Assembly: GCF_009914755.1 (NCBI RefSeq)
Contig: NC_060927.1
Origin: the human T2T-CHM13v2.0 reference genome, Homo sapiens
Strand: one strand, 5' to 3'
Length of the DNA stretch: 64,000 nucleotides
In this document: piece after piece, positions 1-15,137 of the stretch
Layout: the number at the start of each line of letters is the position of its first letter
Numbering within the stretch: the stretch's first letter is position 1
Program-made: the position numbers and the translations under genes
The notes under the pieces: generated by a model
Databases searched by the model: none
The model's input: the letters and a program-made list of their open reading frames with translations, nothing else
Told to the model about the DNA's origin: nothing

Positions 1-332
1 ATGTAAAAAGGATCTGCTTCTCAGCTGTTACTGTAACTTATTTTATTAATAATCATTTGTGTTCTTTTCAACTTTAGACATTAACTGTCTTTTAAATCAA
101 AATGAAATGTGTACTTGGCAACTTCTGACTCAAGCATTTGGTTCCCTGTAAATCCTGGAAATGACACAGTGTGCACTTTTCCTCTGGCGTACCTCTTCAG
201 AAACCAGAGTTATGCAAAGAGGGACACTTAAGAACTAGGCAGCCCTGTCTCGCAAAGCCTCCCCAAGTTCTGGGAAGCAGTGGCATGTTGAAAATGACAG
301 GAACGGAGCTCTTAATCACATGGAATTAAGAG

Positions 333-333
<1 letters not shown>

Positions 334-363
<30 letters not shown>
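334..363. repeat. (GT)n microsatellite followed by (GC)n; alternating purine-pyrimidine tract
   Basis: gtgtgt...gtgtgcgcgcgc read directly. Confidence 0.95.
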
Positions 364-879
364 TCATGTGTGTATGTGTATGGTGAAGCAGGCCAAACAA
401 AGACCCGAGTTTCTCTTCCTAACAATCTTAAAAAATAATTTCCTAGAATCCAACATTCTTCACATTTGTATATACTTTCAGGATAATGCATGGTTTTTTA
501 TTCTGATTTTAATAGAATCATGTTTCTCACCCTCGTTGTCTTACTCAAACTTTGTAATTTATGCAATTATGCATTTCTCTTCTCTAAAATGCTCTCTGAG
601 CCAATTAAAAAATTATCTTAAATTTCACTTTTTCTGACTCCCACTCCTTACTCCCACTACAGATACAGAGAAAGTGGGCACACTATTAATTAGCCATTGC
701 AAGCATCAGAGTTCCTTCCCATTAGATTCTCTTAATGATCCATCTGGATAGATAGGAAAGGTGTCATACCCTAATTCACAGAAAAGGAAACTTGGGCATA
801 AAATTAAGATTTGCCCATTGCTGGAGCTGTCCATGAGCATTAGGAGTCCCTAATCCTAACTCTTAATAAAATCTATAAT

Positions 880-1110
880 GATAAACAAAGCTACTATATA
901 CCAAACAGTGTACCAGGAAATGTCATCAGTGATTGCATTCCTTATCTCTTTGAATCCTCAAAAAAAAGCCTACAGTAGATATTAGAACTCTCATTTGAAA
1001 TATGAAAAAGTAGGTTTCAAAAGATCATAAAGCTAGATAGCAGGAAAACCAGGAAACAAACCTGTCAACCCAGTTCCCAAACTTTTGGCATAACCACTTT
1101 GCTTTCTAGT
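880..1110 (-). mobile_element. MIR SINE remnant
   Basis: Degenerate MIR core in antisense (atctctttgaatcctca...tagatattagaactctcatttgaaatatgaaaa). Confidence 0.5.
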
Positions 1111-2268
1111 CTCCTATACCTTCAGTCTGCAATGCTAATGTATTAATTATACTAGTCATTAGTAATAACACTGCTGACTTTTTCTTGAGGTGTAGGTATT
1201 TTTTATTTTTCTGGGATTCTTATAAATATTACTTTAGAGATATAAGGGCTGATTGTCACTCACAAAGAGCAGGGTCTGGCTATATCACGTAGTGAGAGCA
1301 GAAAGACAAGGTCATATAAGAACCAGGTTGTAAAATGAGATCAATCAGTACACGATATCTGGTTTAGTGGGATTGTTTGTTGTGCATTCTGTTCCCCACT
1401 AAAAAGAATACAGTGAAGTACAGATTCTAATAAGGAGGGAATAGACTGATGACTCTCTGATGTGTGTTAAATGCTACTTGTCATGATGACATTATCTACC
1501 ATCTGCCCTTCACATTGTGAAAGACTAAGGGACTAAGGGTGAGATGGAAGACAGATCCCAAGCTGGGTAAAGACTCTTTTAACTTTTCATCACCATGAAT
1601 CCTGTCAAAACACCCATCTCATTGTCATTACCTTAAACAAACCTGTTTACTTTTCATTTAATCTGTCAGTGGAGTTTGCCTTTTCTTTTCTGGATCTGAT
1701 ATCACATCTACAAACTACTGTTCACAGGCGTGATTCCCCAAGCATCCTTCTTCTACATAGGGAGAAATAGGATATTATCTTGTTTCTTCACAGCCGATAT
1801 AAAGAGCACAGCTTCAAAGAAGGCCAAACACCCTTCAAAAACTGCTTTACCATTACCTTTATTACTTATTTTGACACAATTTAATTTTTAAAAATTGTGT
1901 TAATTCAGATGTGAAGCCTTAGGTCCGAAGCCAATGCACCTCTAAAGGGTAAAGATGACTTTCTCATTACCAGGACAATAGGTCTGAGAAAGTGGTAACA
2001 AAATTCTAATGATTTTTAAATATAATTGTTTGACAGAATTTCTAAAAGAAAAATTTTGAAAACAGAAAGATCTAATGACATAACTGCAGGAATGAGTAGC
2101 TGTCTTATGGTTTTAGAAACATACCATGATATATATTAGCATTTAATGTTGTATTATGTATGCATATCTTTCTCAGTAAGCTGAAAGCTGTTTAAACAAA
2201 TCAATTTTATTGAAGTATAATTTATACATGATAAAATGTTCCTATGTAACCATCACTGCAAATATATA

Positions 2269-2571
2269 CAGTTGTCCCTCCATATCTGGGGAACATCTGA
2301 AGAACAGGATGTTCTTCAGATACCAAAATCCTCAGATGCTCAATTCCCTTAGACAAAATGGTGTAGCATTTCTGTATAAACTACACACATCTTCCCATAC
2401 ACTTTAAATCATCTCTAAATTACTTTTTATGCCCAATGCAATATAAATGCTATGTAAATGGTTGTTAGGCTGTATTTTTATTTGTATTCTTTTACTGTTG
2501 TATTGCTATTTAGTTTTTCAGTATGCGGTTGGTTGAATCTGTGGATGCAAAACCTACAGGAGGGTTGACCG
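2269..2571. mobile_element. MER2 (TcMar-Tigger) non-autonomous DNA transposon
   Basis: TIR-like ends cagttgtccctc...gagggttgaccg flanked by TA on both sides. Interior matches MER2 as recalled (gataccaaaatcctcagatgctcaa, actttaaatcatctcta). Confidence 0.85.
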
Positions 2572-2942
2572 TATGTGTATACCCTTGTAACTATCACCAC
2601 AGTGAAGATTTAAAACATTTCTATTACCCCAGAATATTTCCTGTGCTCTTCCCAGTAATCTCCACCCTATTCCCAACCACTAATGTGATTTCTATCACTA
2701 TGCATTAGAATTTCATATAAAATGAATATAGAGTATGAAGTCTTTGTTTCTGGTATGATTTGCTCAGCATAATGTTTTTCAGAGCTACCCATATTGTTGC
2801 ATATCAGGAATTTATTCGTTATCATTGCATACTATTTATTTGTATGGATTCCCATAATCACCTATTGGATACTTCATTTCCAACTATAGAATGAAGTTGC
2901 TGTGAAAGAACTTTGTGTGGACATGTCTGTATTTTTCCTTTT

Positions 2943-3294
2943 TTGTCAAGTTTTAAAATTATTTTTATATTTTTCTTTGTTTTTAATTTTTGTGGCTACA
3001 TAGTAGGTATATATATTTATGGGCTACATGAGATGTTTTGATACAGGCAAGCGATATGAAATAAGCACATCATGGATGGAGAATGAGGTATATCCATCCA
3101 CTTAAGCACTTATCCTTTGAGTTACAGACAATCCAATTACACTCTTTAAGTTATTTTAAAATGTACAATTCAGTTATTATTGACTATAATCACCCTGATG
3201 CACTACCAAATTGTATATCTTATTTATTCCTTCTATCTCTTTTGTACCCGTTAACCATCGCCCCGCCCTCCCCAGCCCCCAGCTACCCTTCCTA
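2943..3294 (-). mobile_element. 5'-truncated L1MA (L1MA1-3-like) 3' end
   Basis: Antisense L1MA 3'UTR (catagtaggtatatatatttatgggctacatgag...aatccaattacactctttaag). Approximate TSD gtatttttcctttt (2929) / gtattttttctttt (3295). Confidence 0.8.
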
Positions 3295-3450
3295 GTATTT
3301 TTTCTTTTAGGTAAATTACTAGAGGTGGAAGTGCTGAGTCATGTGGTAAGGGTATGTTTAACTTTATATGAAACTATACAAATGTTTTACAAAGGGATGT
3401 ACAATTTTACATTCCCATAGTTACCCACATCCACATCCTTGCCACTACCT

Positions 3451-3767
3451 GTGATATGTAGCCTTCTCATATTGGCTTCCTTTACTGAGTAATATGCTCT
3501 TAAATTTCTTCCATGTATTTTTATAGCTTGATAACTCATTTCTTTTGGGCACTGAATATTTATTGTCTGGATGTACCACAATTTATTTATTGACTTACCT
3601 ACTGAAAGTGATCTTGGTTGTTTCCAAGTGTTGGCAATCATCAGTAAAGCTGCTAAAAACATGTGTGTGAAGGTTTTTGTGTAGATAATATGTTTTCAAC
3701 TTGTTTGGGTAAATAACAAGGACTGTAATTACTGGATTTTAAAGTTAGAGTATTTTTAGTTTTGTAA
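3451..3767 (-). repeat. Local duplicate of L1MC segment 5145-5458
   Basis: End-to-end alignment by eye, roughly 90% identical. Confidence 0.9.
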
Positions 3768-4756
3768 TTTGAGCTGTTTCAGTGGTGCGTAATGGTATCT
3801 CACGCAGTTTAAATTTGCATTTACATGAGAACTAATGCATTTGAACATTTCTTCATGACTTATCACCATTTACATACCTTTGGTAAAACTTTCAAGCCTT
3901 TTACTCATTCTAATTGGATTTATATTCTTTTACTATTATATTGTAAAATACATATTATTCTCAGATATACGTACAGTGAAGATTTTCTGCCAGCCCCTGT
4001 CTTGCCTATTCATTTTCTTCATGGAGATTTTTGAATATTAAAACATTTTAAATTTTGATGAAGTCAGATTTATCAACTTTTTATGTTTGTGCTTTTTGTA
4101 TTCTAGAAATCTTTGCCTTTTCCAAGGTCACAAAGATTTTCTCTTATGCTTTTTTTTAAGAAATTTTTATAGCATTGGCTTTTATATTTAAATCTATTGT
4201 CCATTTTGAGATAATTTTTACACGTGGCTGAGTTAAAGACTGAGGTTAATTTTTATTTTCCATTTGGATATCCAGTTTTCTGACATCATTTGTTGAAAAG
4301 TCCAACCTTTCTCCATTGAATTACTTTGGCACCTTTGTCAAAAATCAATTGACTATGTATGCATCAGTCTATTTTTAGAATCTCCATTTTGTTCTATTGA
4401 ACTTATTGCCTATTCTTATGCCAAGACCACAGTCTTATTTAAGATAACTTTATAATGAGTAAATCTTAAATTCACGTAGTGTAAGTTCTCCAACATTGCT
4501 GCTCATTTATAACATTCTGTTGGTATTTCCAGATAGAGCTTTTGAACTTTCATATGAATTTTAGAAAAATAGAAGAAAAACTTCTATTTTTGTAAAAAGC
4601 CCCTGGGATTTTGATGTAAATTGAATTCAATTTACACTTTAATTTCAACAATGTTGAGTCTTTCAACAATCTATGAATATAATATAATTGCTCCATTCAT
4701 TTAGTTCTTTAAAAAATGTTTTATATATTTTAGAGTATAGCTTTTACCCACATTTT

Positions 4757-7036
4757 TAATAGACTTTATTTTTTAGAGCAGTTTAGATTCACAACAAAAT
4801 TCAGCAGTTTTCCCACATAACCCCAACCTCTACAAACACACAGCCTCCTCTATTATCAACATTCACCACCTTAGTAGTTCATTTGATACAATTGATTAAT
4901 CTACATTAAGACATCATTATAATTGGAAGTCCACAGTGTACATTAGGGTGTATACTTGGTGTTTTACATTCAGTGAGTTTGAACAAATGTATAGTGACAT
5001 ATATCCACCATTATAGTCTACAAAATAGATCCGCTGGCCTAAAAATACCCTTTGGTCCACCTATTTATGCCTCCTTCCAGTCTCATTTCTGGTAATCACT
5101 AATTTAGCTTTGCCTTTTTCAAAATGTCATATAGTTGTAATCACGTGGTATATAGTCTTTTCATATTGGCTTCCTTTACTGAGTAATATGCTTTTAAATT
5201 TCTTCCATGTATTTTTATGGCTTGATAGCTCATTTCTTTTGGGCACTGAATATTTGTTTTCTGGATTACCACAATTTATTTATTGGCTTACCTACTGAAC
5301 ATGATCTTCGTTGTTTCCAAGTGTTGACAATTATCTGTAAAGCTGCTAAAAACATCTGTGTGAAGTTTTTTGTGTAGATAATGTTTTCAACTTGCTTAAG
5401 TAAATAACAAGGACTATAATTACTGGATTTTAAGGTAGGAGTATTTTTAGTTTTGCAAGAAGTCATTAAACTATCTTCCAAAGTGGCTGTACCACTTTGC
5501 AATGAATTTCTGCCAGTGATGAGTGGGAATTCCTGCTGTTCCACATCCCTGTTAGCATTTGGTATTGTTTGTGTTCTGGATTCGAGCCATTCTAATAGTA
5601 TGAGGTGGTATATCACTGTTGTTTAATTTGCATTTCCCTGTTAACATATTATGTGGAGCATCTTTTTAGATGCTCATTTTTCATGTATATGTCCTCTTGG
5701 GTTAGGTGTCTAAGTCTTTGTCCCATTTTTAAACTGGGTTATTGTTGAGTTTTAAAAGTTCTTTGTATATTTTGGATAATAGTCCTTTACCAAATTTGCC
5801 TTTTGCAAATATTTTCTCCCAGTCTGTGGCTTTTCTTTTCATTCTCTTAACTTTTATGAAGTAAAATTTTTTTTATTTTAATGACATTCGGCTTATCAAT
5901 TCTTTCTTTTATAGACTGTGTCTTTGGTTTTATATCTGAGAAGCGATCACCTAACCCTAGCTTATCTAGAATTTTCTTCTGTTATCTGCTAGAAGTTTTA
6001 TCGCTTTGTGTTTTACTTTTAGGTCTGTGATTCATTTCAAGTTACTTTTCATAAAAGGTGTAAGGTCTGTGTCTAGCTTAATTTACTGCATGTGGATGTC
6101 TGTTTATTTCAACATAATTTTTAAGACTATCTTTTCTCAATTGTATTGCCTTTAATTCTTCATCAAAGGTCATTTGACTATGTTTATAGTATGTGGGTCT
6201 GTTTCTGGGCTCTCCATTATGTTCCACTGATCTATTTTTCTATTATTTTAATAATATAACACTGTCTTGATTACTATGGTTTTATAGCAGGTAGCATCAA
6301 TCCTTCAACTTTGTTCTCCTTTCATATTTTGTTGGCTATTCTGGGTCTTTTGCTTCTCCATCTAAACTTAATACTCAGCTCAATATCCACAGAATGACTT
6401 GCTGGGGTTTAGATTGGGTTTGCACTGAGCCTGTATGTCAAATTGAAAAAAACTGTCATATTGACAATATCATTTTTCTGTTTATACCATTGGAATATCT
6501 CCATTAATTTGGTTCTTTGATTTCTTTCATCAGAGTTTTCTAATTTTACTCATGTAGATCTTGTATACACTTTGTTAGATTTATACCTGAGTGTTTTATT
6601 TTTTAGAGTGTTAATGTAAATGGTATTGCATTTTTGGTTTCAGGTTACACTTGTTTATTGCTGAGACATAGAAAAGTGATAGACTTGGCAGGATGCAGTG
6701 GCTCACACCTGTAATCCTAGCACTTTGGGAGGCCAAGTTGGGCGGATCGCTTGCACTCAGGAATTTGAGACCAATCTGGGCAACATGGTGAAGCCCCATT
6801 TCTACAAAAAATACAAAAATTAGCCAAGTGTGGTGGCACATACCTGTATTCCCAGCTACTCAGGAGGCTGAGTGGGAGGATGGCTTGAGCCCAGGAGGTG
6901 GAGGTTGCAGTGAGCTGAGATTGCACCACTGCACTCTGGCCTGGGTGACAGAAGAGTCAGGCCTTGAAAAAAAAGAAAGGAAGAAGGAAAGAAGAAAGAA
7001 AGAAAGAAGGAGAGAAAGAGAGAGAGAAAAAGAGAG

Positions 7037-7082
<46 letters not shown>

Positions 7083-7411
7083 GCGATAGACTTTTGTAAA
7101 TTAATCTTCTATCCTGCAACCTTAATATAATTGCTTATTATTTCTGTGAACTTTTTTATTGGTTAAGTCTCAAATTTTCTACATAGACAATCATGTCATC
7201 AAAGACAGTTTGATTTCTTCCCTTCCAATCTGTATACCTTTCATTTCTTTTTCTTGCCTTATTGCATTCCATTGTTATGTTGAAAAGCTGTAGTGAAGGA
7301 AGACATTTTTTCCTTGTTCTTTATCTTAGTGGGAAAGTTTTGAGTTTTTCATCATTAAATATAACGTTAGCTGTATATTTTTGTAGACTTTTTAATCAAA
7401 TTGAAGAAATA
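4757..7411 (-). mobile_element. L1MC1-like LINE-1 nested in the older L1M
   Basis: Antisense 3' end taatagactttattttttagagcagtttagattcac. 15-bp TSD ttttacccacatttt at 4742 and 7412. Confidence 0.85.
6687..7080 (+). mobile_element. AluJ-like SINE with expanded (GAAA)n/(GA)n tail
   Basis: Dimeric Alu. TSD gaaaagtgatagactt (6671) / gaaaggcgatagactt (7078). Confidence 0.95.
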
Positions 7412-7445
7412 TTTTACCCACATTTTATTAAATTTACTCTTAAAT

Positions 7446-7994
7446 TGTATTAGTCAGGGTTCTCTAGAGGGACAGAATTAATAGGATAGGTGTATATATG
7501 AAGGGAAGTTTATTAGGAGAACTGACTCACATGATCACAAGCTGAAGTCCCACAATAGGCTGCCTGCAAACTGAGGAGCCAGGAAGCCAGTCCAAGTCCC
7601 AAAACCTCAAAAGTAGGAAAACCGATAGTGCAGCCTTCAGTCTGTAGCCAAAGGCCTGAGACCCCCTGACAAATCACTGGTCTAAGTCCAAGAGTCCAAA
7701 AGCTGAAGAACTTGGAGTCTGATGTTCAAGGGCAGGAAGCACCCAGTGTGGGAGAAAGATGGAGAACAGAAGACTTAGCCAGTCTAGTCTTTCCACATTC
7801 TTCTGCCTGCCTTTATTCTGGCCACACTGGCAGTTGATTAGATGGTCCCCACTCAGATTAAGGGTGGGTCTGCCTTTCCCAGTCCACTGACTCAAATGTT
7901 AATCTCCTTTGGCAACACCATCACAGACACACCCAGGAACAATACTTTGCATCCTTCAATCCAATCAACTTAACACTCAATATTAACCATCATA
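7446..7994 (-). mobile_element. MLT2A2-like HERV-L solo LTR
   Basis: Ends tgtattagtcagggttctctagagggacag ... aatattaaccatcata; ~550 bp; 5-bp TSD taaat/taagt. Confidence 0.9.
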
Positions 7995-8628
7995 TAAGTA
8001 CTTTATGTTTTTGATGCTATTGTAAGCGCTATTTAATTTCAATTTTTATTTGTTTTTGCAAGTATGTAGAAATGAAATGAATTGTATAATTAATCTTAAA
8101 TTCTGAGTATTGCTAAACTCTCTTACTAGTTCAAGTAACACTAGCAAGTAATTTTCTGGATTCTTTACGAATTTCTAAGTTTTCAAATATTCCAATAAAA
8201 AGGTTTATTTTCAGTCTTAGTGTCTTTTTTTTTTTTTCTTGCCTTACTTAAGTAGCTGGGGCTTTTAGTACAATGTTGTATGGATAGTGACTTTTTCCCA
8301 ATCTTACGTAGAACGATATTAGTCTTTCATCCATGCATATAATGATAGATGTAGATTTGTCTTACATGCCTTTTATTGGGCTGAGAAAGTTCCCATTTAC
8401 TCTTATGTGTGGTGCTTTTAATTATGAATGGCTGTGGAATTTTGTCAAAAGCTTTTTCTATATCTATTATGATAATCATTAGGGTTTTCTCTTTTATTCT
8501 GTTGATATGATGAATTTCAATGATTGCTTTTCAAATGGTAAATCATGCTTGAATCACCGAGATAAACCCTAAGACGATGTATTATCTATTTCAAAAGTGT
8601 TAAACTTGATTGGTTAAAATTTTGTTAA

Positions 8629-8936
<308 letters not shown>

Positions 8937-11047
8937 TTGTTAAACATTTTAATGTTAATGTTTATGAAAGTTTCTGGTGTGTCATTTTCTCAAAAAGTCT
9001 TTGGCTTTGGAATAAATTTACTAGTGAAACTATATGGTTTGGGAGTTTACTTTTTTAGAAGGTTTTTAATTACAAATTCAATTTTTTAATAGATACACGC
9101 CTATTCAAATTTTCTATTTCTTTTTTAGTTGATTTTGGCAATTAACAAAGCAGTTTATCTATTTCTTTGAGGAGGTTAAAATTATTGCCATAAAGGTACT
9201 TACAATATTCTCTTATTACTCTTTAGTAACTGTGATGATGTCACATTTTCCAGTTCTTATGTTAGTAGTCTGGGTCTCCTTTATTCTTTGATTATTCTAG
9301 CTAAAGATTTATCATTTCTTTAAAGTATTTATCAAGATTTCAAAAATCCTATTCTTGCTTTAATTACTACTTTTTTATTTTTTTTACTTTTGTCCTCATC
9401 TATATTATTTCCTGTCTTCTGCTTACATTGAATTTATTTTCTAATTTATATGTTTAAAATGAAAGCTCAGATAATTGATTTTGCAACTTGTTTCATTTCT
9501 ACACAAAAGCTTTTTAAAGCTATATTTGTTCTTCCTAATGGCAGTGTTACCTGCATCCTACACATTTCGGTATATCTTAAATATACATATATATATTTGC
9601 TTAATTCGAAATATTTTTAAATTTCTGTTATGGCTTATTTCTGACCATACATATATAGAAGTGATATTTTGTTTTGCTTTATACAAATACTTAGCATTTT
9701 TCATATATTTTTCTGATATTTCTCATCTAATTTAATTGTAGTCAGAGAACATACTCTGTTTAATTTCAGCCCTCTTAAATATATTGAAACTTATTTTGTA
9801 GCCTAAAATATGGTATATCTTGGTGAATGTTTCATATACATGTAAAAGAAATGTATATTCTGCTTTTCTCAGGTGAATGTTTTATAAATTTTATTTATGT
9901 CAAGTGGTTTTTAATGCCATTTAGGTCCTTTCTATCCATTCTGGTTTTTGTCTACTTGTTGTATCAATTACTAAAAGAACAGTGTTTAAGTCTCCAACAA
10001 TAATTGTAGATTTGCCTGTTTCTCTATTCCATTCTGTGAGACTTTATTTAATGTGTATTAAAACTCTAATACTGGATTCATATGTGTTTAGGATTGTTTT
10101 CTCTTCTCGATTGGTCGACAATTTTATCATTACAAAATATATCTATCACTAAAATATTACATAGTTTAAAGTCTATCTGATCTGAATTTAGTCACTCTAG
10201 CTTTCTTAGGATTACTATTTGCATGGTATATATTTTTTAATTATTTACATTTAACCTTTTTGTGCTATAGGTTTTTAGAGTTAGTTTTTATAGGCAGACT
10301 TTTGTGTCATCTGATAATGCTTATATTTTAATTGGAAATTTTAGGGCATTTATTTTTAATGTAAGAGTTTATATGGTTGCATTTAAGTCTACATTATTGC
10401 TATTTGTTTTCTTTTAAATTCATTTTTTATTTACTCAATTGTTTTCCTTTATTTCTTGCCTCCTTTTTGATTAACCGGGTATGTTTTAGGGATTCATTTT
10501 ATCTCTGCTGTTGGCATATTATTTATAACTCTCTGTTTTATTTTCTAAGTGGCTGCTTTGGGATTGATTGACAGTATGCATATTTTTGCTAGATATAGAA
10601 TTATAAATTGGTAGATTTTTGGGGGGCCAAGACCTTCAGTATGTTGTTCCTATTTAGTTTCTAGTAAGAAGTGTCTTGTTATTTTTGTCTTTATTTCACT
10701 TTAGGTAATATGTCTTTTTTTTCTGACTACTTGTAAGATTTTCTCTTTATCATTGCTTTTCAGTAATTTAATTCTAATGTGCTTCTGAGTGTTTGTGTAT
10801 GTATGTGTTTCCCTTGATTGCACTTCATTAAGCTTTTTATATCTGTAAGTTTACAGTCTTTATCACATTGTGAAAACTTGGAAACATTATTTCTCAAATA
10901 GTTATTATATCATTTCGTGTCTCTCTTCACCTTCTGGGGCTCCAAATATGCATATAACAGATAGTTTAATGTTATTCCACAAAATTCTGAGATTCCTTTT
11001 ATTTTTCTTTTTAACTGCTCTTTATTTTGTTACGTTTCTATTGTTAA

Positions 11048-11491
<444 letters not shown>

Positions 11492-11560
11492 TGAAGTTTA
11501 AAAGTGTAATTTGGTTCTTTTGAATCTTTCATATCACTGCTTACTGTGTTCATATTTTCA

Positions 11561-12426
<866 letters not shown>

Positions 12427-13881
12427 TTCACTTCCCAATGTGCATTGTTGAATTGCTTAATATTATTCCACAAACCACTGAAGTTCTTTACTTGTTTTTT
12501 GGTTGTTTGTTTGTTTGTTGGTTTGTTTTTTAGTATTTTTACTTTTAAATGTATTTTGCGAAGTTTCTATTGTTACTCTTACGTTTACTGCTTTTCTTTT
12601 CCATGGTATCACCCCTGCTTTTCATTCTATCAGTGAAATTTTCATGTAGTTGTGCTTAAAACTGAGAAGTTTAATTGAGTTCTTTTTTAACTTTTGTTCC
12701 TCCTCATTGTATTCATGTTTTCTTTTGACTGCTTAAACATAGCTATAGTTGCTGTTTTGAAATTCTTTTCTCCCAATTGCATCATCTTTGACATTTCTGC
12801 ATCTGTTTCTATTGACTGCACTGAATTCTGCTTTTGAAAATAGCATGGATCATTTTTCGAATCTCATTTTTTTGGCATCATTAAGAAAATGAAATACACA
12901 CAGTTTGGTATTTCATTATATAACATGTTCACTTTTAATATTTATGCGTGATAAACTCCTAAGACATTGACATTATTATCCATAAAAATACTACCATCAT
13001 TTACTGAGTGTTTACTACATTCCAAATACTTTATATACAGTACCATTAAAAGAGCCTTTTATTGCACACCAATTTCTTTCTTTTGAGAATTGGTCTCAGT
13101 CATTCGTATAATTTTTTTAAATTTATGCTTTTCAAGACTGTAAATTTTATAATGGCAGAGTATACATCTTGTTTATCACTGCATAGCCAGCATTTGATAC
13201 ATAATCAGTTATACATTAGTTCAGACAAATATTTACCAATGAATAAATGAATATATAAGTGAATATTGATATTATTACATATCAATTGATATTATCATTT
13301 GATACACATCATTGATATTATTACACCTAACTTACTTAGACCCATCTTTCTTACACCCATCTTATTATTTGCCCAGGGTCAAATAATAAGTGGGGAGTCA
13401 GAACCTGAACCCATATTTTTTCCCCCAAATCCATGCTATGATGTGCTATGGTCTCTAGTTCTTGAAAGTAAGCACTATCGTTTTATCATTTATTCTCCAA
13501 AGTAATTGTGTAATGTGTGTTATTGTTTTATATTAGAGACTTAGATAAATGTCTCTAAAGAATTAATATGTATTACAGAATAAGAAGAATATAGATAACG
13601 CACATTCTTTAAGACATTTCAGTTTGAGGAGTAGGGATTAATATACTGTTTCATTTTACATTAAATATGGTAAAATGGGGGTCCAAAGTCTGAAGCAGTG
13701 GGGAAAAAAAACAATAAAATAGAAAATAAGGAAAAAAATAACAAAAATCTCAACCTCGATTAATCAGTTACAAAAGACAAGAAAGGAGAAAAATAATATA
13801 AGGTCTGAAAATAAAGGTTAAAAGTTTTAATAACCAGTATATCAATAACCATAATTTTAATGTCAGTTAAAAGTCAGATGT

Positions 13882-14191
13882 GGCTGGGTGCAGTGACTTA
13901 TACCTGTAATCCCAGCACTTTAAGAGGCCAAGGCCAGCAAATCACTTGAGCTCAGGAATTCAAAACCAGCCTGGCCTCATGGCTAAACTCTATCTGTACA
14001 AAAAATACAGAAAGTAGCCAGGCATGGTGGTGCATGCCTGTAGTCCCAGCCAACCGAAAGACTGACATGGGAGGATCACTTTAGCCCAGGAGATTGACGC
14101 TGTAATGAGCTGTGATCATGCCACTGCACTCCAACCTGGGCTGCAAAGCAAGACTCTTCCCCCCTGAAAAAAAAAATTAAAAAAAAAAAAA
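13882..14191 (+). mobile_element. AluJ SINE
   Basis: Dimeric Alu with polyA tail. Confidence 0.95.
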
Positions 14192-14376
14192 GATTTTTCA
14201 AATTGAATTGAGAAAACCAAGCTATTGTAGATTATAAGAAACATTCCTAATGCATAAAGATAAAAAGACTATATTAAAAGATTTAAACTGATACACCAGG
14301 CAAATACTAGCTAAAAGACTGCTGGCAAGCATTGTAATACCAGTAAAAATAGACTATAGCACAGAAACTATATTAG

Positions 14377-15092
14377 GTTACATGCTACAACATGAATGAA
14401 CTTTGAAAACATGCTAAGTGAAATAAGCAAGGCATGATAGGACAAATACTATATGATTCCACTTACATGAGGTACCTAGAATAGTCAAATTCATAAAAAC
14501 AGAAAGTAGAATAGAGGTTGCCAGGGGCTGGGGATAGGAGGGCGTGAGAAGTTATTATTTAATGGGTACAGAGCTTCTGTTTGGGATAATGAAGTTCTGG
14601 AAATGAAGAGTAATTGGTATGAACTACATGTTTGTATTTCTCAAAATTCATAAATTGAAATTCTAAACTCCAATGGGATGGTTTTAGAGGGTGGGGCCTT
14701 TGGGATGTAATGTGGTTTAGATGAGGTCATGAGAGTTGAGCCACCATGATGGGATTAGGATCTTTATAAGAGGAGAAAGAGGTTTTAGCTCTTGCTCTCT
14801 CTCTATACCATGTGAGGACACAATGAGAAGACAGACATCCTCAAACCAGGAAGGGGCTCTTACCAGACATCAAAGATACTCATGCCTACATTTTGGACTT
14901 CCAAGACTCCAGAACTCTGAAAAATAAAATTCTGTTGTTTAAACCATCTACTCTATGGTATCTTATTAAAGCAGCCTGAACCAAGACAGTGGTAATGGTA
15001 GCACAACATTGTGAATGTGTTAATGCCACTGAATTGTATACTTGAAAATGATTAAAATGGTTAAACAAAAACTACATGGATATCAAGTTTTT
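14377..15092 (+). mobile_element. L1MB 3' end, interrupted by MLT1A
   Basis: catgctacaacatgaatgaactttgaaaac...gtgttaatgccactgaattgtatac. TSD aaactatattag at 14365 and 15093. Confidence 0.85.
14615..14988 (+). mobile_element. MLT1A/MLT1A0 MaLR solo LTR
   Basis: tg...ca ends; motifs ggtggggcctttggga, ccatgtgaggacaca, ttggacttccaag. Confidence 0.85.
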
Positions 15093-15137
15093 AAACTATA
15101 TTAGCTATAGAGAGGGTCATCACATAATAAAAGTTCA

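Noticed and set aside
2241-2600. Similar gtaac.atcac strings on both sides of MER2
   Set aside because: Too short and degenerate to separate from chance or L1 decay.
6611-7130. Cluster of overlapping ORFs (also 8659, 11159, 39001, 40272, 43749)
   Set aside because: Typical Alu-derived translations ([22 protein letters not shown]) and microsatellite read-through.
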